NCBI RefSeq assembly: GCF_964188315.1
Contig: NC_135658.1
Span: 55,180,001 to 55,244,000 of the forward strand
Direction: 5' to 3'
DNA from: Podarcis muralis
Lineage: Eukaryota
DNA: 64,000 nucleotides
Shown here: in pieces, positions 49,481 to 62,115 of the stretch
How positions within the stretch are numbered: the first letter of the stretch is position 1
Layout: every line of letters starts with the position of its first letter
Translations under genes and position numbers: made by a program
The notes under the pieces: model-generated
Seen by the model: only the letters and a program-made list of their open reading frames with translations
Told to the model about the DNA's origin: nothing
Databases searched by the model: none

Positions 49481-49925
49481 AAGAGGTTTTCAACCCTTTA
49501 GAGTCCACGGCTCCCTTGACCAACTACAATCTTTCTGCAACTCCCCTGTGAGGAAACACACTCTGAGTCACAGAAGCCCGGTTATGTCGCCCCTTGCCTG
49601 CCAATCCTTCTGCCCTTCACCCCTTTTCAGTCACTCTCTCTTGTGGAGGGTTCCCCCAGCGTCTTCTCCTCTCCCCTCTCCTCAGGGGTCCTCACCCACT
49701 TGCTTGCTTCCTCCAAGGATGCCTCAGCTCCTGGCAACCAGCACCCCCTGGTTGGCCTCAGAGGCAACATTCGCCTGGAGATCTTGTAGCCAGGGCCATT
49801 GGTGTGAGAGGGCATCAGAGGAGGGAGGGAAGGGAGGAGGTATGGAGGTCCATGCTGCCAGTGGCACCTCTGACCACTTTTCAAGGCACCCCAGGGTGCC
49901 ACAGCACACTGGTTCAAAACCACTG
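49481..49925. mobile_element. hAT MITE, 445 bp
   Basis: Perfect 8-bp TSD TGATAGGG (49473-49480, 49926-49933) with central TA; imperfect TIRs AAGAGGTTTTCAACC / GGTTCAAAACCACTG. Confidence 0.85.
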
Positions 49926-50136
49926 TGATAGGGAGACTGGCATTCTAATTCTAAGCACATTAACCATGCAATGTTATACCTGCCACCTCAGAAGTAAGTT
50001 GTATTCCATTCAGTGGTGCTCACTCCCAGGTAAATGGTTAGGGTATTGCAACCTAAGTAGTATTAAAAATATGGCATGCTTCTAAGTGTATTCAATCTGA
50101 GCAAGCGCCCCCCCCCCCACTACTGAATATGCAGGC

Positions 50137-50478
50137 CAGACCCTCCAAGTGTTCCTATTTTCCAGGGACGTCCCTGATTTAGAGAAGCCATCCTGGTTTT
50201 TTATTTGATCCCGGAATATCCCGCTTTTCCTCAGTATGTCCCTACTTTCATCGGAAAAACGTTGGAGGGTATGGAGTTATCCAACCCCCAAGCCATCTGA
50301 AGGCAATCCTGTATAAAGAAGTTTTTAAAATGTTTAATGTTTTATTATGTTTTTATATATGTTGGAAGCTGCCTAGAGTGCTGGCGCAACCCAATAGGTT
50401 GTGTGGCATATAAATAGTAAAATGATCATTATGGAATGGGACGCCCCTATTTTCATCGAAGAAATATTGGAAGTTATG
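50137..50478. mobile_element. Composite MITE-like element carrying an L2 tail
   Basis: Left end CAGACCCTCCAAG; two direct copies of a right end (50238-50273, 50443-50478) enclosing an L2 3' end. Confidence 0.6.
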
Positions 50479-50491
50479 GGAGATCAGAATT

Positions 50492-50544
<53 letters not shown>
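50492..50544. repeat. (AAC)n microsatellite, ~17 units
   Basis: Read directly from the sequence. Confidence 0.95.
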
Positions 50545-50924
50545 GAAAACTACAGAATCAGGTTTGGAATTAAGGTGCTTTGTTTTCAGGAATTCTGCTT
50601 TAAAAAAATCATGAAAATAAGTGTCTAAATTAAAGCACATATTGAAATAAGATGCCTGAAGACAAAACTCTAAAAACTGTTTTTTAAAAGTTCACCTCTC
50701 TTCTTTCTGGGGCTGTTTCTGCATTGAAAACTGATCTATGATGGTTTGTTAAATAATAATACTTAACATTTGAATATTTCAGGGGGTGGAGCGTTTGGCC
50801 TCCCTGATGTTGCTGAACTACAACTCACATTGACCCTGGCTGCTGGCCACACTTGCTGGGTCTCCTGGGAGTCATAGTTCAGCAACATTTGGAGCGCCAA
50901 AAATTTCCCACCCCTTGCACATTG

Positions 50925-51130
50925 CTTTATTTAGTTCTAATCCTAACAGCAACCTTGTCAGTCAAGTCAGTATTATTGTCTCCCTTATTGAACGTAGGCA
51001 TGGTAGTGGTGGGACTGAAGCTGAGAGAGAAAGAGGCTGTCCTAAGGCCACCTAATGAGTTCACAGCAAAGGTGAGATGTGAACTGGGGACTTTCTGATT
51101 CAGAGCTCACTTTCTCAGCCACTATTGCTA
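50925..51130 (-). mobile_element. MIR-like SINE
   Basis: acagcaacc...tattattgtctccc...gaagctgagagag...cctaaggccaccta...gtgagatgtgaactgggg pattern of core SINEs. Confidence 0.6.
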
Positions 51131-51688
51131 CAGCAACTCTCTAATAAACTGATTAATTTTTTTAGATGAATCAAGTAGTATATACATTTTGTCAAAGGGG
51201 AGGAGCTAGACAAAGAATGATCCAAGGAGTCCTCAATGGCAGAACAGGGGGAAGATAACAGGCGGTATGTTACAAGGTCTGTGAAGGCGGATGAAGGCTG
51301 CAGCAGATAAGAATTGGCCGGTCGTCGTGATACCCATGCCATCGGAATAGAGCCTTACTGCGAAGACTGTGCATTGGTCAGCGTGCACTGATCTACACAC
51401 ATAAATTCAGGCACAGGTGCCTTCCAAAAACCCATCCCAAACCCAAAGAAGTCCCATGGTGATCGGCAAATGGCAATGGGGGAAGAACTGTGAAATCTGG
51501 AGGCCCCTAGTCATGTACCGGCATATGGGTGGTGGATACAGATTCAGTTGCTCTGACTCAAGGAATGAGGCAGTTGAGCAGCTCGGCAGCTGTATTCATG
51601 ACTGAGCAGTCCTATTTAGGATCCACTCTGCTCACCTCAAAACAGGGAGGGGCTAGTTAACGTGTTCATGGAAGATAATGTTACTCAG

Positions 51689-51823
51689 NNNNNNNNNNNN
51701 NNNNNNNNNNNNNNNNNNNNNNNNNNNNNNNNNNNNNNNNNNNNNNNNNNNNNNNNNNNNNNNNNNNNNNNNNNNNNNNNNNNNNNNNNNNNNNNNNNNN
51801 NNNNNNNNNNNNNNNNNNNNNNN
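51689..51823. other. Assembly gap (135 N)
   Basis: Run of N. Confidence 1.
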
Positions 51824-51896
51824 TAATACAGTAGCCATTAATTAGATAAAAAAACAGCAAATGTTAACGGATTAAATCCTGATCATGTGCAGTTTG

Positions 51897-52036
51897 NNNN
51901 NNNNNNNNNNNNNNNNNNNNNNNNNNNNNNNNNNNNNNNNNNNNNNNNNNNNNNNNNNNNNNNNNNNNNNNNNNNNNNNNNNNNNNNNNNNNNNNNNNNN
52001 NNNNNNNNNNNNNNNNNNNNNNNNNNNNNNNNNNNN
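51897..52036. other. Assembly gap (140 N)
   Basis: Run of N. Confidence 1.
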
Positions 52037-55000
52037 TCATTACTTTTCTGGCCAATATTGCTTTTGGATTATATATTCAGCCTGTGGAGAAAACAGAAGC
52101 CTACCTAGTTTGAACATATAACTCAAGAAGCAGGTGTGCAAGATAATGTAGAGGCTCCTTTAGATCTTCAGAGTGTGATTTCCCCAAGTGTTGCTCCTGT
52201 GCCTTTTAATCATGCTTGCATGAACTTGGGCATCCTTACATTTCCATATTTATACAACTGCTTCTGGCCAAAACAACTTTTAACGGAAACTGTCCTGCTT
52301 TCCATTTTCCAAAAATGGATAGTTCGATGGTTTTTGTGAGCTATCAGGGCAAAATATTTTGAGCAAAACTCATAAATCCACAATCTGTTTGGAACAGCAC
52401 TGACATCTGAAAGGAGATCTCAAGATGAATCTGCTTAAACCTGGGTTCATTAAAAGAGCTAATTCAAAGCACTGCAATTGTTTCAGTTGTTTATGAATCT
52501 CGACCTTCACAATGCTATGAAAATGTGCTGTCTCCTAAAGATGTTCTTTGCCGATATGACACACATTTTGTATTGTTTCATGGCACACAAGCATTAAATA
52601 TCCCAGAGGTAATCCACCCTTCTCTTAACGGCTGATGACAGGTCCAATGCCTGAGCAAAATCAGTTGAAGGAAAGGGAAGTCTTGTCGGAAATGAGATTA
52701 ATCTTGTAATGAGTGTTCAGTCCTGATAACCCATCTGTGCAGAGAACTGCTTTAACTGGAGTGCAATTAACCTTCACCTGACAAGTTCTGCCCAACTGTT
52801 ATAAACAACATTAAAGGCAACCCCAGTTTCTGCGTAGACTACGCAGTCACATTTCAATACCATGACTACTGCTATGTGCAACAGGTTACTAACAGTTAAG
52901 TCCCAGAGGGAAATTTAAAGTGATCCTGGGAATGTTTTCCAAATTATGGCTTGTATGTAACCAAACTTTTCTCAGAGTAGACCCATTGAAATTATTCATC
53001 ATGCCCATTAATGGGGCTACTATGAGCATGACTAACAATGTGTATGACAAACTTCAACTCATTGTACTTTTAAAAAACCAGTCGGCTGATATAGTCAGGC
53101 ATATATTGGTCATGAAAGTACTTACCACCAGTTTAAAGTGGGCTGAGGTTGTTATATACTTTCCTGGAACATACTTGAGGTTACCAACATGATCTTAAGC
53201 CCGGTGCATACTCCCTGCTGTACATGCATTGAGAATTACAAACATTTTGATATGACTCCAATCTCTATTTGTTGTGCTGTCTAAATAAATGCATCTTCAT
53301 GATTTGATCTCAAACTAGTCGATTTTCTTTTCTTCTTTATTTAACAGCAAATTTCTATATTACTCTTCACCAAAAATGGTCACCAGATGTTGAACAAAAA
53401 ATAATATAAGACCATAATGTATATTAAACAAAAGCATTAAAATAATTATTTTATATTACACAAAAACACCATAAAAATTGCTCAGCCCATCAGCCACTAA
53501 AAGTGAGTTATTTCTAACTTGAAAATAAAGAAGTTTAATGAAGAACCGCTTTCTAATTTGGTTTTATCCTCACCAAGTGCCAAATTTAGACACATTCAAG
53601 CTGAATTCCTTGTTCTGTGGTGCAGACATGTACACCAGACATGAGCACATTTAGTAACAAATATCGTGTTCACTTTACAGAATCCGAGTTTACTGCTTTT
53701 TTCCTAAGTTTAAATGTTTTTCATATTTCTTTCTCTCAGGAAAAAAATAATAAAAGTGGGTTGTAGCCAATGTTAGTCCTACTCTGAGTAAACCCAGTGT
53801 CATTAATGGGTCTAAATTAGTAATTTCCAATAATTTCTGTGGGTTTACTCTGAGCAGCACTAATATTGAGTTTAACATAATGTCTCTAAATACATTAATA
53901 CCAAACTACAGAAGCAAAAAGCATTTTATAAACATAATCATATACAACATCAGTGAAAGATCAGTCATTGTACATTATTCTAGGCCCCCAAGTCTGTGGA
54001 AGTCTCTTCCTCAAGTAATACACATGGCTCTATTTTGGGGGACATTTAATAATTTTTTATTATTATTAGCTTTTAATTAATTGCTACTGTTTTTTATTAA
54101 CTGTTCTAATCAATTCCCATTATTGTATTAATTACTGCTGCTCAGTTTTCAGGGGGTGTTATGTGGTTTTTAGTGGGATACTTTTCTATGTTTGTTTTTC
54201 CTTGGAAGGGCAGCGGTGCCCTAAAAGTTGGCTCTAAATCAGTTAATAATGATTTTTTAAAATTGCTATGGATCAACAAAAGTTTCCAGTTTTCTGCTCT
54301 AAATCTAAAGAAGTGAGAAGTTTATTTTGGACCTTTCTGAACAGCCTTTCAATGAATTACAAGATAATCGTAACTATGTCTACTCAAAAGTAAGTCCTGT
54401 TGAATTCATTGATGCTTACTCTCAGGTATGTGGGGTTAGGAATACAGCCTGATATTAGTGAAGAGGAAGTTCCAATTCAAAGAACTTCCTCTATTGGTAC
54501 TCCCTGATCTGGTGAGCTATCAGAATAGGAAATGGAGGCAGGAAGTATCTGTCTACGGGCTCATTATCATCATAAGTGCTGTGGCAGCGTATTTATTGTT
54601 TATCACAGCAATAAACACACACACACATACACACATATACGGTATATACATATATATTCTCAAGAATGGCAAATTCCTATGAAGAACAGTATCTTGTTTA
54701 CGACAAACCTTTACAGCATTGTTCAAATTCCATAGCATTGTTTGCTTTCTGTCTAATAAAAAGGGATGAGATGTTTCCATTCAGCATTCCAGTGACGGCC
54801 CATTGTTTAGAATGTTACTCAAGTGTCTTTTTTGCCCTTACTTTCACCCTCCTTCCCGTCCTCAATTTAAGGACTGTAATTAGGCACCAAATCTTCATGT
54901 TGCCTTTCTGTACCACTTTAAGACTCTGATCAGAATATTTCTGAGAGTGATAGAGCCTAGCTGTACATTCCAATTCTTGAAAAGCAGCAAAATGTAGTGA

Positions 55001-55556
55001 GCAACCAGACAAAACACTCAGTCAAAGATGGACGGAAAACCAAAGGAGAACGAAGGCAAACAACATAGGGAAGCAGGCACTGCTTGCTATTTTCCTACTT
55101 GGAATCCTGTGTCCACATGCGCATGAGTGAAGCAGGATCGAGCTTGCTGGCCTCTCTGCAAGCTCCATGTATTCCTCTGAACTGATGTGCAAACAAACTA
55201 TGCGTGGATCAAAGTCTCTACAAAATGGAGGCGCCTGAATCACAGAGACCCTTGGCTCATACAACTTCCAGAGGCACAGCCGTATTAATTTGTTTTGCAG
55301 CAAAGTCAACAAACACTGAGGAAGCCTACTCTAGTCCCAAAAAATATGCCACAATAAGGTTTACTAAATGCACTACAAGACTTATCAGTATTTATGCTCA
55401 AACAGATTTATTATTATTATAATAAAATTTATATACCACCCTTCATCCAAAGATTAATGGGCAGTTTACAGTTCTGATAAATAACTCATTCCAAGGCCTA
55501 ATACATAAATAGCAAAAACTAGACTGGATTATGTAATGTCTCAGGTTATGAATGAA

Positions 55557-56019
55557 CAGTGGTACTTTGGTTCTCAAACGCCTTGGTACTAAAACAACTT
55601 GGAACCCAAACACTGCAAACCTGGAAGTAAGTATTCCAGTTTGCAAACTTTTTTCAGAAGTTGAATGTGCTCCGTTTCGAGTGTTACACTTTCGTTTTGA
55701 GTGCTATCTATTTTACATTTTTGTTTTTGCGGCTCTTTTTGTTTTGTTTTTGCGACTGTGTGGAACCTAGTTCCGCTACTCATTGATTGATTGTGTGACT
55801 GCAGTACATTGCTTATTGCTTTCAATTTATGGATCAATGGTCTTGTTAGATAGTAAAATTTATGTTAAAGTGCTGTTTTAGGGATTGTTTTTAAAAGTCT
55901 GGAATGGATTAATCCATTTTGCATTACTTTCTATGGGAAAGTGTGCCTTGGTTTTGGAACACTTTGGTTTTGGAATGGACGCCCGGAACGGATTAAGTTT
56001 GAGAACCAAGGCACCACTG
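55557..56019. mobile_element. Second, uninterrupted copy of the Tc1/mariner MITE at 16388
   Basis: CAGTGGTACTTTGGTTCTCAAAC ... GTTTGAGAACCAAGGCACCACTG, right flank TA; internal sequence colinear with the first copy. Confidence 0.9.
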
Positions 56020-56065
56020 TATCTAGACACCCCCTGTCCTTTGGAATTGCAGAAAGCAGGAAGTA

Positions 56066-57293
56066 CCGTATTTTTCGCACCATAGGACGCACTTTTTCCC
56101 TCCTAAAAAGCAAGGGAAAATGTGTGTGCGTCCTATGGAGCAAATGCAGGCTTTCGCTGAAGCCTGGAGAGTGAGAGGGGTCGGTGCGCACCGACCCCTC
56201 TCGCTCTCCAGGCTTCAGGAAGCTATCCGCTAGCCGTGGGAGACCCAGCTCTCCCACGGCTAGCGGAGCGCTGCATTAATCCCGAAGCTTGGGGCGTGCG
56301 GAGCTCAGCGCGCCCCAAGCTTCTGGGTGCCGGAAAGGTCTCCGCTAGCCCTGGGAGAGCCCCGCGACGTCACGGGGCTCTCCCAGGGCTAGTGAAGCGC
56401 CGCGCTAATCCCGAAGCTTGGGGCGTGCGGAGCTCAGCGCGCCCCAAGCTTCTGGGCGCCAGCAAGGTCTCCGCTAGCGCCCAGAAGCTTGGGGCGCGCT
56501 GAGCTCCGCACGCCCCAAGCTTCAGGATTAGCGCTCCGCTAGCCGTGTCTAGGCTGCGGATAGCAGCCTGCTTCCCGGAGCGTCGGGCGCCCTGAAAGCA
56601 GAGCTCCAGGCACTTCGGGAACACATCCGCAGCGTGGGGAGCCTTGCAGGAATTCCCCACAGGGCTCCCCACGCTGCGGATAGCAGCCTGCTGCCTGGCG
56701 GGTGGGGCGCCCTGAAGCAGAGCGCCCCTCGCGCCAGGCATGCATCCGCAGAGTGGGGAGCCTTGCAGGAGTTCCCCACAAGGCTCCCCACGCTGCGGAT
56801 AGCAGCCTGCTGCCTGGCGGGTGGGGCGCCCTGAAGCAGAGCGCCCCTCGCGCCAGGCAGACATCCGCAGAGTGGGGAGCCTTGCAGGAGTTCCCCACAA
56901 GGCTCCCCACGCTGCGGATAGCAGCCTGCTGCCTAGCGGGTGGGGCGCCCTGAAGCAGAGCGCCCCTCGCGCCAGGCATACATCTGCAGAGTGGGGAGCC
57001 TTGCAGGAGTTCCCCACAGGGCTCCCCACGCTGCGGATAGCAGCCTGCTGCCTGGCGGGTGGGGTGCCCTGAAGCAGAGCGCCCCGCCCGCCGGACAGAC
57101 ATCGGCCAGCTCCACAAGCTCGGGGGACAGCAGGGAGGCGCAGCGCCACTATCCCGCTGTTCCTCGACCTGGTTTGGTTTCCCTGACCTGCTTTTGGGGG
57201 GGAAATAAAGGGGAAAATTTTTTCCTTTATTTCCCCCCAAAAAAACTAGGTGCGTCCTATGGTCCGGTGCGTCCAATCGTGCGAAAAATACGG
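56066..57293 (-). mobile_element. TcMar-Tc2-like non-autonomous element (1228 bp) with GC-rich palindromes and a VNTR
   Basis: TIRs CCGTATTTTTCGCAC / GTGCGAAAAATACGG, TA TSD (56064-56065, 57294-57295); subterminal sequence matches 18807-19070 in reverse orientation. Confidence 0.9.
56553..57088. repeat. 119-bp GC-rich tandem repeat, ~4.5 units
   Basis: GCTGCGGATAGCAGCCTGCT recurs at 56553, 56673, 56792, 56911 and 57030. Confidence 0.95.
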
Positions 57294-60139
57294 TAGATAA
57301 ATTACTCAAGGCATTCTGGAAAACTGGCTAGGAATGGAAACATATTCCCCAGCACAAACACTGTAATGGGGTGCCCAAAGTTTTTGAGCCCATTTTGTAT
57401 TGCCATGGACAGTTTAGCCATGCACACTCACTCTCCCAAACCAGAAATTAGGCTTGGAAAAAGTGTTTTTGCTTCTCCCCCCCCCCCAACAGGCATAATA
57501 AAGAGAGTACAACTAGTAAGAATTAACCATCTCTCCACAGATGCAAACTCCTGGAAGATCACCCCCCTCAAAGAGCCAGTAGAAGGCTTTCACAAGCCTA
57601 ATTATAGCAAGGAGGGGTCGTACCTGGGAAGTGACATGTTACCTCTGCAGTTGGGACCCCGAGGTCACCCCTCCTCTGTTGCAATTGAGTTTCAACAAAG
57701 CTTTCCAACATAGCTAATGGAAGACTTCTTTCGAGCCTAATTTCAGCCAAGTGGGGGGACAGAAGGAAAGGGACTCTGTGGAAAGTCTGTTCAGGTGACT
57801 GTGCACCTGTGTGCACCACACTGGCAACTCATGTGCTATAAGAATAATTTATGCTGGTTTATCCGCTTCTGCCCTCAAATAATGTTGCCTTGTAACATTG
57901 CACTGGGTACAGCAGTACATATGTTCAATTCTGGGCAATTATTTACAGCTACCATTTGTACTGAGTCTTCATTAATGATGTTACTCTAAATGCATCTTTT
58001 CCTCTCACAACAGAGGCAGTTTTAGGGTAGTGCAACTGGTGTAGTCACACTGGGTGCTGCGCTACAAAGAGCACCAAAACAAGGCTGTAGAATGGAGCAT
58101 CAGAGGTGAGGAGGAGTGCTGAATTTTAGCGTCACACAGGGCATCGTTGAAATTTGAGAGCCTGAAGTCCGCCACTGCTCACAAGTACACATGTTAAGCT
58201 GTCTTTATCGCTGCGTGACTGAATTGCTGTTAACCTTAAGCTATATAGTGTAGTACATACTTAAGTAGACCCAGATTTGCAGCTGGTCTATATTAAAGGG
58301 GAATAGGAAGTTTTGGCCTTCATCCTACCTTATGAATGCAATTTTTAAGAAACAAATTTGACCCTTTAAAACTATTACATTTCCCTTGGGGGATAGCGTT
58401 CAAATTCCATTTGTCTGAACATGCTTAATAACTCAATCAAGATGCACTTTTAATCAAATTAGTCTCATTAATCATGCTTCTTTTAGCACTGTTTCTTCAA
58501 GAGAATAGCTGTTTGTTTAACAACGTCTAGAAGTTTAAGAGAGGATCTAAGACAGCAAAGACATGGGAATGTAATCTTCTGAGTGCTGCTACCATGAAAT
58601 CTACATGCACCTCAGTGTGGTTCATGAAAAAGCCCAATGAAATGGGGGTTACAGAACTGATGGGCAACAGCTACACTAGGGTGGATTGTTCACAGTATTG
58701 TGTGTTGCTAGCCATTGCCCTTAGATTTTTGACACAACACAGCACAATAGCTTGGAGAAAACAAAGGATGCAATTTGTCTGATTGGGAGAATAATGTGGC
58801 CAGAGATTTTTATGTCCTGCAGAATTAGAAAGGAGGGCACATAATTCTCTCATGGAAATAAGACATTGAACTAAGAATGTTTAAGATTGGCTGTACTGGG
58901 TCCTGGTTCTGTAGTAACAATTGTTACATATTTAACTTCCATCAATTTCCAATGCTGGGACCTTTCTGCAACTTTTGTTATATAAATGAACTTTTTTAGT
59001 GAAGTATTCAATAAAAAGTGAGAAAAAGCTTTCCAGTTTTGAAATAAAAGAGAGAAAAACAGCCAAGATGGAACAAAGGATTTATGCATCCTCGAAACGT
59101 TTAGAGTCTAATGGTTCAGAAAGAACTTTTGTTATGTTCACAAGTTTAGTGCTCCCTAGATATAATAAGTTATGGTTCTGCTCCCACCTTGTTATGTAGG
59201 AAGTGTAGACTATACACTTGCATATAAATTCTATTTTGAAAGTTTTTATGTTATCTATTATATGACAAGGAACAAGGAGGATATAAAAGAGTGTTTGTTA
59301 GTAAGGGGAGCCTGCTATGTTTTTAACATTCACTAGAATGCAATCCTTGCTACCTGGAGCTCAACTCATAGTAAGGAATTACCTTTCTTATTTTGGCATC
59401 TTCTATTGTCCAAGGCCAAAACTACATCAATGCACATAAATACTAGCAATGTGGATGAACAGCATTCTATAAGAATTGTTTACTGGAATTGCAAATTCAT
59501 CTCTCTGGGTGAGATGGGAAGAGAAGACAATCCAGAGTAGGGTCACCCATGCATGAGCCCTTTTCTGCTTTCTCTTTCCTCCCCTAATACCAAACAGGCA
59601 ACTTGCTTAAGCCCCAAACAGGGACCATTTGTTCCTGTGGAACAAAGAGGTCTGAATGACTCACAAAAGCAAGCCAAGGCATATGCTACATGTTCATGAG
59701 TCCATCTGTCTAATGGTGTCATTCTATCCTAAAGTCACACTAACTGAGCATGCAAATCTCCCTATGCTAACATAACTCAAAGTTATGATAGCATAGTGAA
59801 ATTGTGATAGTGTAGTAGGGATCCCAATGTGGCCAATCATGCCATAGATCCAGCAGTATTGAGAAGCCAGCAAAGGATCACAGCACATACATGACTTTCT
59901 TTCTTTATTCCCCTGCCACCTCCCGCACTGGTGTCTAGAGAACATTGGTGACAGGGAGCTTTGGTTAAACAAGGTTAAGCACAATAACCAGAGAAACCAA
60001 TGTAGATGAGTAATACTTGTGTTCTGAGCAAAGGCCTATTTCACCAATGTCTTGCTTTGGGCTTAGCTACTGTGAGAGCACAGTGCTGCTTTAGAATGCC
60101 CTTTGGACTGATCCAGCAGCAGCTCTTCCTATGTTCTTA

Positions 60140-60318
60140 ACTCTTACAGGTTCTTGGCCTCAGAGGTTTACACACAATGCAAACATCAGTTGATTGTGAA
60201 AAACACAAAATACACAACAGAAATAAGAACAGAAACAAACCAATAACCTCACTCTTCCACAATACATTTAAAAGGGCATCAGATGTCAATCAGCCAAAGG
60301 CCTGGTTGAAGACATGCA
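60140..60318 (-). mobile_element. L2 3' end, same subfamily as 6490-6680
   Basis: cacatttaaaagg...aatcagcc.aaggcctggttgaa shared with the earlier copy. Confidence 0.7.
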
Positions 60319-62115
60319 GAATGAGAAAGCGCCTAGGTAGCAGTACCTTTCTCAAATATTCACTCACCAACCCCTAATAAGCATGTAGTCACAGGAACCA
60401 TCTGTTGCAGCTGCTATCCACTGGCAATTGGTCAACTTTGCAGCACTAAGAGAGGCACAGGGTGTACCTCACCCACTAGACCACCAGCAAGTCTTCTAGC
60501 AGCAGGGACTAGTGGGAAACCATCTATTCCTATGTGGAACTGCCATATTTTTGTCCCAGCACAAGTCCTATGGAATAGAGAGCTCTTTCCGTAGCAGAAA
60601 AGTTGTACTCATGCCCAGCTGGAGAAGGTAGTGATGAGTAAAGCTTTGCCTGGTACTCTGCTGCCTGTTACACAGCTTTCAAAGGCATAGTAGCCCTGCT
60701 AGGGAAAAAGTAATCCACCACAATGCTTTAGGAATTCACTCCATCACAATGTTGCCTAATAAAATCGGGGCATGTTCTAGTTAAGTCTCTATAACAAATA
60801 CAGACCCTTCCACTTGTCACTCACCTGAGCTGACCTCAAGATGAAACACTAAATAGTGGTGGGGCGGGGGGGGGGGGTAGTTTTCTACCAGGGGCTGTTG
60901 TGGGAATAGTTTGTTGTCTCTTTTAAGCTGTGCTGATTATATGCTGTTGCTGTTGCAAATTGCTTTGAGGATTTTTTTATTTTTACAACCAAGTATATAA
61001 ATTTTGTGAAAGAAATAATAAAAATGTCATCTAGTACCGGTGGAGACTTGTTAAATTAGCTAGCTAGGTAGCAAAGAAGGAGAAACTTGCTCTAAAAATG
61101 GTTCTTGAGAGCACAATAAATGCCATCTTTACAAGTAAACAAACAAACAAACAAACAAACATTCAAATATATTTCCCCTCCCCCTAAAAATTCAGGTCTG
61201 GTTTATTAACAGAGAAAACAGCACGTCTAGCTACTGGAAAGCCACCCAGAGTGAGGAGGCAGGGCTGAAGTTCTCCTCTGTTCCATCCGATCTTCCTCCA
61301 GCATGCCAGATCGGGAGTTTGGATTCATCTGCTTGACTCTGTTCATCATTCATGTTTATTTGTAAGAGATTCAACATTGGATTGTAGTTTTGTACAATCC
61401 AACATTGGGATGTTTATAGTTTTTTTAGAAGTATTATTTTCCTCAACATTTTTAGAGCCCTTGCATTGCTTTTCAGACCCACGTCTCTTCCCTGATTGGT
61501 AAATTTAATCCTGTGTTTGCTAAATCTCATTGAATCTCACACACCTCTTAAAAAGCATTCTGGGTAAATATGACGCTATTGGAAAATAAACCAAGCACTA
61601 GGCATTTTTTATCGTCTGCTCTGTACTTGGAGACTCTCATTCGCCTGAAAGCCAAATATCTGGATCAAATTCATCCTTTGTCTAATCAAGAATAAGCCCT
61701 CTTAGGCTTTGTTATTGGGTGTTCAGCAAAGATAAGAGTGTAGAAGTGGAGATGAGCAGGCTAACTCTATTCCCCACCATCCCTATCCTCCTCACCTTCC
61801 AAGTCGTGGAATGCAGACCTTTGTACCAGGGATCATTTTGTGTCCATGGAGGCTCACTACATGTTCTGGGACCCTGATTTCCCAGATTTTTGGAATGTGG
61901 AGTGCCTTGTCCAATACAACCCCCCCCCCCCCCCCCCGCTGCACATAGTCTCCTTCCAAAGTGGAGAGGCAATGAGAACAGCGATCTAGAGCTGGGGCAT
62001 TCATCCCCACTTCCTCCCCTCATGTGCTTATGGAACACTGGCTAAGAGTGCCTTAAAAAGAGTTAAGATTTAGTACGCTATAAAGAAAATTCATTCCTGC
62101 TACATACATAAAGTG

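Noticed and set aside
50353-50640. ORF with poly-Leu (signal or transmembrane-like)
   Set aside because: Produced by the (AAC)n microsatellite.
56553-57088. CRISPR-like array
   Set aside because: Whole 119-bp units are near-identical with no unique spacers; eukaryotic VNTR inside a transposon.
56236-57309. Long repetitive ORFs (259 aa, 256 aa) as a transposase or repeat protein
   Set aside because: GC-rich tandem repeats lack stops in several frames on both strands; no DDE or HTH motifs.
61919-61938. G/C homopolymer runs (here and at many other positions) as G-quadruplex elements
   Set aside because: Isolated mononucleotide runs scattered throughout the window with no positional pattern; lengths may be unreliable.
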